Shown here: positions 56,992-64,000 of the stretch, one piece after another
How positions within the stretch are numbered: the stretch's first letter is position 1
How the letters are laid out: the number at the start of each line of letters is the position of its first letter
NCBI GenBank assembly: GCA_963733295.1
Contig: CAVTCS010000005.1
Span: forward strand, 96,001 to 160,000
Direction of reading: 5' to 3'
Source: Vulcanimicrobiota bacterium
Lineage (GTDB): Bacteria > Vulcanimicrobiota > Vulcanimicrobiia > Vulcanimicrobiales > Vulcanimicrobiaceae
Length of the DNA stretch: 64,000 bases
The notes under the pieces: generated by a model
Seen by the model: the letters and a program-made list of their open reading frames with translations, nothing else
Databases searched by the model: none
What the model was told of the DNA's origin: nothing
Translations under genes and position numbers: made by a program

Positions 56992-59373
56992 ATGAAGGTG
57001 CCGATCGGGTGGCTGCGCGACTACGTCGACGTTTCGCTCTCCAGCGACGAAGTCGCCGAGAGGTTTGCGCAGCTTGGATTTCCGGTCGAAAGCATCGAGC
57101 GGCGTACGCAGCTCTCGGGTGTCGTCAGCGGCAAGCTGGTTCGCGTCGAGAAGCATCCAAACGCGGACCGGCTACAGGTTTGCAAGGTCGACGTCGGGGG
57201 CGGCGAGCTTCTGACCATCGCCACGGCGGCGACGAACGTGGCGGAGGGGCAGATCGTACCGGTCGCCACGATCGGGGCGCAGCTGGTCGGGCTGAGCATC
57301 GCTCCGCGCGAGATGCGCGGGGTTGCTTCGCAGGGCATGTTGTGCTCGGCCGGCGAGCTCGGTTTGAACGCCGATTGGTTCGAGGACGGCATTCTCCAGC
57401 TCGATGCGGGCTCGGCGCTCGGCTCGGACGTCGTGGCGGAGTTTCGCCTCAACGACGACGTGCTCGAGGTGGAGGTCACCGCAAACCGCGTCGACGCGAT
57501 GTCGGTGCTGGGACTCGCCCGGGAGCTGGCCGCGGCGACGGGGCAACCCTTACGCGAGCCGGAGACCACCGTCCACGTCGCCGAGCCGGCGGACGCGATC
57601 GTGACGATCGAGACGCCGGATTGCCGACGCTTCGTGGCGCAGCGGTTTTCGCAGTTGCACGTGAAAGCGTCACCGTTTTGGATGCAAGTTCGCTTGGCGC
57701 TCGCGGGGCAGCGGCCGATCGACAACCTCGTCGACATTTCGAACTTCGTGATGTTGGAAACGGCGCAGCCGCTGCACTTCTACGACTTCCAACGGCTAGC
57801 GGGCGGCGAGATCATCGTGCGGGACGCGCGTCCGGGTGAAATCCTGCGCACGCTTGACGGTGCGGAGCGCGAGCTCGACGGAAGCGAGCTCGTCATCGCG
57901 GACGCGCTCGAGGCGCAGGGACTCGCCGGTCTGATGGGCGGCGCGGTGAGCGAGGTGACCTCCAACACGCGCGAGCTCTTGCTCGAAGCGGCCACGTTCA
58001 GCGGACCGCGCGTTCGACGCACGGCGCTTGCGCTCGGGATGCGCACCGAAGCATCGAGCCGGCACGAGAAGGGACTTCCGCCGGGCTTGAGTTCGCTCGG
58101 TGCCGCGCGCGCCGCCCACTTGCTCGGACGCGAGGGAGCCACCGTTCACCCGCCCATCGCGTTCGGCGCGCCGCTTCCAAAGCCACATGCGGTCGCGCTA
58201 GAGTTCCGCGACGTTCCCAAACTCCTCGGAGTCGATCTGACGGGAGGCGAGGTCGAGCGCGCGCTACGTTCGCTCGGATTCGTGGTGGAGGGCATCCAGC
58301 GATCCTCTCAGATCGACGACCTCTCGAACACGGTCGAGGTGGCGCCTCCGTATTGGCGCAACGACATCGCAATCAAAGAGGACCTCATCGAAGAGGTCGG
58401 CCGCGTCGTCGGTTACGATCGTATCCCCGCGGTGCAACCTCCCGCCTTCGTGCAGGACGTCTCGAGCAAAGACTTTCACGACGAGCACCGCATCGCGCAC
58501 ACCCTAGCCTCGCTCGGGTATCGGGAGACGGTGAACTTCGCGTTGCAGCCCGCCTCGGTGGCCGAGCGCTTCGCTCGCGCAGGCATTCCGTTGCCCGGCC
58601 CCGCCGTCGAAATAACGAATCCGCTGTCTGAGGATCAGCGCTACTTGCGCTTTTCGCTTTTGCCGGGACTGCTCGCGCTGGCCGCGCGATTCGCTCGCGG
58701 CGAAGAACTGCGGCTGTTTGAAATCGGGCACACGTTCGAAGGCGCGCCCGAACCCTTCGAGACGGCGATGGCCGTATGGATGCTCGTTACGCCGAACGGC
58801 GACGAGCCCGAGTGGCACGATTCGGGATTCTTGCAGTTTAAGGGCGACTCGATGGCGCTGCTGCGCACCTTGACGGGGCGCGAGAGCGAGGCGGTCAGCT
58901 CGCAACTCGCGGGGTTACATCCGGGACGGACGGCGCGGCTGCTCGTCGACGGGCGCGACGTCGCATCGGCCGGCGCGGTCGACCCGCGCCTGCTCGCCGA
59001 GTTTGAAATCGACGCGCAGGTCTATGCCGGCTTGATGCGCCTCGCCGATTTGCCCGGCTATCAGATCCCGCGCTTCAAAGCGCCCTCGCGCTTTCCGGCG
59101 ATCGAGCGCGATCTGGCGCTGGTCGTCGCGAAAGAGATTCCGGCCAAGGACGTCGCGCACGCCGTACGCGAAGGCGGCGACGGCGTACTGGCCGGCGTGC
59201 AGGTTTTCGACGAATACCGCGGTCCGCAAATCGCGCCCGACAAGAAGAGCATCGCCGTGCGCATCGTCCTGCAGCGCGATGACGCGACCTTGACCGATGC
59301 GGAGGCCGACGCGCACATCCGCACGATCCTCGCGACGCTCGAGGAGCGTTGTGGAGCGCGCATCCGGGCGTGA
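56992..59373 (+). CDS. pheT: Phenylalanine--tRNA ligase beta subunit
   Basis: MKVP..WL, HPNADRL, SQGMLCS, NRVD.MS..GLARE, QPLH.YD, NPLS, SRFP..ERD. Confidence 0.97.
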   Translation: MKVPIGWLRDYVDVSLSSDEVAERFAQLGFPVESIERRTQLSGVVSGKLVRVEKHPNADRLQVCKVDVGGGELLTIATAATNVAEGQIVPVATIGAQLVGLSIAPREMRGVASQGMLCSAGELGLNADWFEDGILQLDAGSALGSDVVAEFRLNDDVLEVEVTANRVDAMSVLGLARELAAATGQPLREPETTVHVAEPADAIVTIETPDCRRFVAQRFSQLHVKASPFWMQVRLALAGQRPIDNLVDISNFVMLETAQPLHFYDFQRLAGGEIIVRDARPGEILRTLDGAERELDGSELVIADALEAQGLAGLMGGAVSEVTSNTRELLLEAATFSGPRVRRTALALGMRTEASSRHEKGLPPGLSSLGAARAAHLLGREGATVHPPIAFGAPLPKPHAVALEFRDVPKLLGVDLTGGEVERALRSLGFVVEGIQRSSQIDDLSNTVEVAPPYWRNDIAIKEDLIEEVGRVVGYDRIPAVQPPAFVQDVSSKDFHDEHRIAHTLASLGYRETVNFALQPASVAERFARAGIPLPGPAVEITNPLSEDQRYLRFSLLPGLLALAARFARGEELRLFEIGHTFEGAPEPFETAMAVWMLVTPNGDEPEWHDSGFLQFKGDSMALLRTLTGRESEAVSSQLAGLHPGRTARLLVDGRDVASAGAVDPRLLAEFEIDAQVYAGLMRLADLPGYQIPRFKAPSRFPAIERDLALVVAKEIPAKDVAHAVREGGDGVLAGVQVFDEYRGPQIAPDKKSIAVRIVLQRDDATLTDAEADAHIRTILATLEERCGARIRA

Positions 59374-59906
59374 GCCTCGCGTGGCCGGACATCGTCATCG
59401 GCGCGGTGCTGATCCTGGGAGCGCTCAAAGGCTTCAAACGCGGGTTCATTGCCGAGATTACCGGTTTCATCGCGCTGGCTTTCGGTCTGGTCGCAGCGTT
59501 CATCTATCCCGGTAGCTGGGACGGCTTCGCGCGGGATTGGCTCCATCTCGGACCGGGTTCGGCGCACGTGGTCGCGACGATCGCTTATGGATCGCTCGTC
59601 TACGCGCTCGTCTTCGGCGTCGGCATGGTGCTCTCGCGAATCGCGAAGCTACCGGTCATCGGAATCGGCAACGGCATCCTCGGTGCGGGCGTGGGTCTCG
59701 TGAAGGCACTGCTGTTCGTATGGGCCATCGTGTACGTCGCGCTCTTCTTCCCGCTGACTCCGGATCTGCGCGCCGACTTGCATCGATCGCACTTCATCGC
59801 CGTACTCCAAGCGCCGGACGAGCGGCTCGACGGGGTGATGCGCAACTCGCTCCCATGGTTCGTGCAGCCCTTCGCCGGCGCGATGTTCGACCAGCACAAA
59901 GTCTAG
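59370..59906 (+). CDS. cvpA: CvpA family membrane protein
   Basis: DIVI....GFKRGFIAE, LG...G..K; GTGA overlap with pheT. Confidence 0.85.
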   Translation: MSLAWPDIVIGAVLILGALKGFKRGFIAEITGFIALAFGLVAAFIYPGSWDGFARDWLHLGPGSAHVVATIAYGSLVYALVFGVGMVLSRIAKLPVIGIGNGILGAGVGLVKALLFVWAIVYVALFFPLTPDLRADLHRSHFIAVLQAPDERLDGVMRNSLPWFVQPFAGAMFDQHKV

Positions 59907-59931
59907 GGGCAGCTCCGGTTCGACGAAGGCG

Positions 59932-61104
59932 CTAGCGCGCGAGCGCGGGACTACGCTCGCCGGCGAGAAAAACTTCGAGCGCGGCGCTGAGGCCCGCGCC
60001 GGAGGCGTGCTCGTGTCCGTGCTCGCGCAGCGCGAGTTCGAGAGCGCCGATACCACCGAGAATGTCGCCGCGGCTGAGGTCGCCCATCGTTCCCATGCGG
60101 ATGATCTTGCCTTTGAGTTCTTGCTGACCGCCGCCCATGACGACCCCGTCGCGTTCGCGCAGCGTGCGGCGTAGAGCCTCGGCGTCGACACCGGCAGGGA
60201 CGCGGATCGCGACGACCGTCACCGAATGCGCGCCCGGTTGCGAGAAGATTTCGAGCCCGATGGCCTCGGCGGCGGCGCGAATCGCCTTCGCGTATTGAAA
60301 ATGACGCGCCCACGACGCCTCCGCGCCGGCCGCAAGAAAGCGTTCGAGCGCTACGTCCACGGCGAAGACGATCGAGACGGGCGGCGTCCACGGCGTCTGC
60401 CCGTTCGTCGCGAACTCACGCGCCTTGGCGAGGTCGAGGTAGAAGCGCGGCAAGCGCGCGGCTTCGATGCGCTGCCAAGCGCGCTCGCCCACGGCGACCA
60501 TCGCGACGCCGGGCGGCGCGGCTAGCGCCTTTTGCGACGCGGTCACGACGATGTCGAAACCCCATTCGTCCATCCGGAACTCACTCGCGCCGAGACCGCT
60601 GACGGAATCGACGACGACGGTCGCCGGATGCTCGCCGATCGCATCGGCGAGAGCGCCCATGTCGTTTTCCACACCGGTCGAAGTCTCGTTGTGCGTGAGC
60701 AGGATGCCGGCGATGCGCTCGGCGCCCTTCGCTTCGAGCCGAGCGGCGAGCGCTTTGGGGTCGGTAGCCTGACCGTAGGGCGTGTCGAGAACCTCGACTT
60801 CCAGTCCATACGTGCGCGCGATCGAAATCAAACGCTTGCCGAACACCCCGATGGGACACGCAAGCACGGTGTCGCGTGGCGAAAAAACGCTCGACACCGC
60901 CGCTTCGAGACCACCGGTTCCGGAATTCCCGAGAAGCACGACCTCCGCGCTCGTTCCGAACAGCTCCCTCATCCGGGTTGAGACTCGCTCGAGCAATTCG
61001 GCGAAATATGGTCCGCGGTGATCGACGAGCGGCCGTGCCATAGCGGCGAGCACGGGTGCGGAAACGGTCACCGGTCCCGGAATGAAGAGCAACTGCTTTT
61101 CCAT
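59932..61104 (-). CDS. Class V PLP aminotransferase (alanine/serine-glyoxylate aminotransferase family)
   Basis: IPGP, HR, SGTGG, HNETSTG, DSVS, SQKAL..PPG, RMG.MG; ATG 61104. Confidence 0.92.
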   Translation of the reverse strand: MEKQLLFIPGPVTVSAPVLAAMARPLVDHRGPYFAELLERVSTRMRELFGTSAEVVLLGNSGTGGLEAAVSSVFSPRDTVLACPIGVFGKRLISIARTYGLEVEVLDTPYGQATDPKALAARLEAKGAERIAGILLTHNETSTGVENDMGALADAIGEHPATVVVDSVSGLGASEFRMDEWGFDIVVTASQKALAAPPGVAMVAVGERAWQRIEAARLPRFYLDLAKAREFATNGQTPWTPPVSIVFAVDVALERFLAAGAEASWARHFQYAKAIRAAAEAIGLEIFSQPGAHSVTVVAIRVPAGVDAEALRRTLRERDGVVMGGGQQELKGKIIRMGTMGDLSRGDILGGIGALELALREHGHEHASGAGLSAALEVFLAGERSPALAR

Positions 61105-61168
61105 CGTCGCCTCGGCAAGTTCGTGCGCGCGGAAAGCGGTCCCCGCCTGACACGCCGAAGAATGCTCG

Positions 61169-62209
61169 ATGGAGCAACCACGGATCCGGCTGACGGCACT
61201 CTCTTCGGGCGGCGGTTGAGCGAGTAAAGTCGGCTCAGCCGACCTGGCGCAGGTCCTGCGCCACTTATCGCCTAGCCTCGACCCGAACGTGCTCGTCGGT
61301 TTTTCCACCAGCGACGACGCCGGTGTCTACAAGATTTCAGACGACCTCGCACTCGTGCAGACCGTCGACTTCTTCACGCCCATCGTCGACGATCCGTTCG
61401 ACTTCGGCCGCATCGCGGCGGCGAACGCGCTCTCGGACATCTATGCGATGGGCGCGACGCCGCTGACCGCGTTGAACGTCGCGGGCTTCCCGATCGAGGA
61501 GTACGGCGGCGAGCTTCTGACGCGAATCCTGGAAGGCGGGGCCGCGATCGTGCGCGAGGCCGGCGTGGCGCTGCTCGGCGGACACACGGTGAAGGCCGAC
61601 GAGCCGATTTACGGCCTCGCGGTGACCGGCATCGTACACCCGGACAAAATCGTCAGCAACGCCGGCGCGCGCGTCGGAGACGCGCTCGTGCTGACCAAAC
61701 CGCTCGGTACCGGTATTCTGTCGGCAGCACTCAAGAAGGGCTCGATCGACGAAGCGCAGATGAAAACGGCCATCGCGTCGATGACGACGCTCAACGCCGC
61801 GGCGGCACGCGCGATGCTCGCAGCCGGCGTGCATGCCGCGACCGACGTGACGGGTTTCGGGCTGCTCGGCCACGCCCGCGAGATGGCCCGCGCGAGCAAC
61901 GTGCGCCTGCGCTTCCGGGCGTCTCGCGTACCGGTGTTCGACCTCGTGCGCGACATGCTCGCGGTCGGCATCGCACCGGGCGGCACGCGAACCAATGCTC
62001 GCGAGCACGAGGTGTTCACCGGATTCGCGCCGGAGGTCGACGCGCAAACGCGCCTCATCTTGAGCGATGCGCAAACCTCCGGCGGCCTCCTCATCGCTCT
62101 CCCGCGCGCCGCTCTGCCTCAACTTCTTAGCGGGCTCGAAGAGAGCGGGCATACGGCAGCCGAGGTCGGTTCGGTTGAAACCGGGAGCGCACTCTTCGTC
62201 GAGCGCTAA
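61169..62209 (+). CDS. selD: Selenide, water dikinase (selenocysteine-containing; UGA at 61217-61219)
   Basis: MEQPRIRLTALSSGGG-UGA-ASK is in frame with DDAGV, QTVDFFTP, ANALSD.YAMG, GGHT, TDVTGFGL and QTSGGLL. Confidence 0.95.
61220..61255 (+). promoter_or_regulatory. Candidate bacterial SECIS hairpin
   Basis: GTCGGC-tca-GCCGAC (61229-61243) and GACCTG-gcg-CAGGTC (61241-61255) just 3' of the UGA. Confidence 0.55.
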
Positions 62210-62213
62210 AACC

Positions 62214-63299
62214 TTACGGCGCGAAGAGGATGTCCGTCGGCGCGAGCGTCGCGCTCTGCATGCTGAAGAGCGGGGACTTGACGCCGGCCGCGCCGGCCGG
62301 GAAGGCGACGAGATTGTAGGTGACGGAGCTTCCCGCGATCACAAACTGTGCACCGTACACGTTGTTGTTTGAATCGACGGCGATCGGACTTTGTGCCCAG
62401 TTCAAGGCGGATGATTGGAAAACGGTTTGGGGCGATGCGTTACCGGAGGCGCCCGGAGCGAACACGTACACCTCGTTCGTCGTGCCGTCGAACGTCGTTA
62501 ACGTTCCATCCGGGCCGACGGCGAGCGAGGTCACCGAAGAGAACCCCGAATTCGTGCCGCCGATCGTCCGCAGCGGTGCCGAACTCGGGTTAGCTGCCGC
62601 GAAAACGAGGATGGAGGCCGTGCCCGTCGACGGCGAGTTCACGACGTAGAGGTTGTCGCTCGAGTCGATGCGCACGAGCGTCGGCGCGGTTACACCGGGC
62701 GCAGAGATCTTCGTCGGGGTCGTCGTCGGGGAGAAGCCGGCCGGATATTCGTAGACGCTGTAAACCGAGGGAAATCCGTTCGGCGTCCCGACGACGAACA
62801 CGTCTCCATGCGAATCGACCGCAAGGCTCTCGATCAGCAGCAACAAGTTGGGATTGCTCAACGGTGGAAGGTAGAAGCTATTGATGACCGTCGTCGGCGC
62901 GTTCCCGGCGCTGAGCTGCGCGGCGCTGTACTCGACGACCAAGTCACCGGCGTCGGTATTGCCGGTCGCAAAAAGCGAGCCGGCCGGACCCCAAGCCAGC
63001 GTTCCTCCATAAGGATAGAGCGACGCCGAGCTTACTTTTCGCGGCGTTGCGGCGTTGACGGAGCCCGCGGAAAACACGTCGATCTCGCCGTTACCGCCGC
63101 CCAGGGCGTTTATGTTCTCGTAGACGTATGCCGCTGCGGGTAGCGAGCTCGGAGCCGGCGCCCTCGTCGGTTGACCGGTCGGGGTCGCGATCGGATTACC
63201 GGACGGACGGGTGTTTGGCGTGCTGCTTCCGCCACCGCACGCCGAGATCGCAAACGCGCACGCAAAAAATGCCGTGTAACGGAAAAGTGCCGGGCTCAC
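62214..63299 (-). CDS. Lipoprotein with NHL-like beta-propeller repeats
   Basis: Lipobox ISAC, Pro/Thr linker, repeated LAVDSHGDVFV / IDSSDNLYV / IAVDSNNNVY. Confidence 0.8.
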   Translation of the reverse strand: MSPALFRYTAFFACAFAISACGGGSSTPNTRPSGNPIATPTGQPTRAPAPSSLPAAAYVYENINALGGGNGEIDVFSAGSVNAATPRKVSSASLYPYGGTLAWGPAGSLFATGNTDAGDLVVEYSAAQLSAGNAPTTVINSFYLPPLSNPNLLLLIESLAVDSHGDVFVVGTPNGFPSVYSVYEYPAGFSPTTTPTKISAPGVTAPTLVRIDSSDNLYVVNSPSTGTASILVFAAANPSSAPLRTIGGTNSGFSSVTSLAVGPDGTLTTFDGTTNEVYVFAPGASGNASPQTVFQSSALNWAQSPIAVDSNNNVYGAQFVIAGSSVTYNLVAFPAGAAGVKSPLFSMQSATLAPTDILFAP

Positions 63300-63366
63300 C
63301 GTTCCGGACTCTCACTCGCAAGCGTCCGAGTCCTCCCTGCGCCGGCGGACCGCGAACACATTCGAA

Positions 63367-63409
63367 AGAAGCGGCGGACCTGAGTCCTGCCGCTTCTTCG
63401 TTTGTTTTT
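63367..63409. terminator. Intrinsic terminator-like hairpin (possibly bidirectional)
   Basis: AAGAAGCGGC-GGAC-ctga-GTCC-t-GCCGCTTCTT with A/T-rich flanks, just downstream of the minus-strand ORF. Confidence 0.6.
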
Positions 63410-63662
63410 ACGGGGGCCGCGTTTTCCGGCTGGTCCTGAGGATGACTCGTTCGCGAGCCAACCGCCGCAGGCCGTCGCTGGAGCGCCCGGGCAATTCGAC
63501 GGAGCGCTCCCAAATCGTCGCGTCGAAACCTTTCGCTATCTGCGGATAGGCGCGCTCGAAACCGAGTTCGAGCAGGGCGTCGCGGTTGTCGGTGACCGGT
63601 GTCGTGCCGTGACGCAGCAGGTTCGTGATGGCGACCGCGGAGTGAGCGATCGAGATCCCCAC
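63408..63662 (-). CDS. Hypothetical protein (84 aa)
   Basis: Protein-like composition; co-oriented with the SPW gene and followed by a terminator hairpin. Confidence 0.55.
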   Translation of the reverse strand: MGISIAHSAVAITNLLRHGTTPVTDNRDALLELGFERAYPQIAKGFDATIWERSVELPGRSSDGLRRLARERVILRTSRKTRPP

Positions 63663-63675
63663 GGGACGAGCGTCA

Positions 63676-64000
63676 TCACGCGCGGAGGGTTCGCCGGCTC
63701 GACGACGACTCGTAGCCCTGCGCGACCAACCCGGTCACGATTGTCATGATGCCGAGAACGATATTGCTCCACGTCATCGTGGGACCCACGAACGAAATCG
63801 AGATCAGCAGCCAAACGCCCAGCAGTACGTTCGCGATCGGCCAATAGTTTTTTCCGTGCACGCTCTGCGCGATGAGTGCGATGATGGCGATGATGATTCC
63901 GGTGACCGTCATATCCCACTGCGCCGCCAGGGTGTTCGCATGGAGGGCCCAAGGCGAGATCAGCACGAGGATCCCCGTTACGAAGTTGATCCACGGGACG
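63676..64000 (-). CDS. SPW-repeat membrane protein (5' end outside the window)
   Basis: W.N...G......SPW...W.....G and W...N.LLG.WL.IS...WSN...G repeats. Confidence 0.8.
   Translation of the reverse strand, partial: VPWINFVTGILVLISPWALHANTLAAQWDMTVTGIIIAIIALIAQSVHGKNYWPIANVLLGVWLLISISFVGPTMTWSNIVLGIMTIVTGLVAQGYESSSSRRTLRA

Noticed and set aside
61169..61288. selD pseudogene (internal stop)
   Set aside because: The UGA falls exactly at the catalytic Cys/Sec position and is followed by hairpins, so recoding is more likely.
63408..63662. tmRNA (minus strand begins GGGG)
   Set aside because: Lacks the GGATTCGAC 5' motif and the tRNA-like 3' end; reads as an ordinary 84-aa ORF.

Overview
High-GC bacterial chromosome segment. 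The gene content and the expanded secreted retropepsin family suggest Vulcanimicrobiota/Eremiobacterota, but this is an inference. It is mostly a compact housekeeping backbone: uvrB, prs-rplY-pth, tag, thyX, glmU, gltX, nadABC, infC-rpmI-rplT, pheS/pheT, cvpA and selD. Metabolic modules are oxlT/frc/panE-like oxalate use, a split B12-dependent acyl-CoA mutase with isobutyryl-CoA-mutase-type residues plus a MeaB-family GTPase, and a two-component system beside an RND pump. There is also a protease block (tricorn plus three paralogous double-retropepsin proteins) and several accessory inserts. The best candidate for an undescribed system is a two-gene operon: a MauE + double-thioredoxin fusion translationally coupled to a 644-aa Tat-type exported protein with about 58 Cys, with no methylamine dehydrogenase genes in the window. 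Other points of note: a 33-aa YqzL-like ORF missing from the ORF track, followed by a strong terminator directly before pheS with no T-box; a Sec-encoding selD; several apparent non-canonical starts (ATA, GTA, CTG, ATC); a structured leader upstream of prs; two likely pseudo-enzymes; a frameshifted metzincin with CCCH repeats; and a frameshifted DUF6516 toxin-antitoxin pair between pheS and pheT. No rRNA, tRNA, CRISPR array or transposase was recognised.
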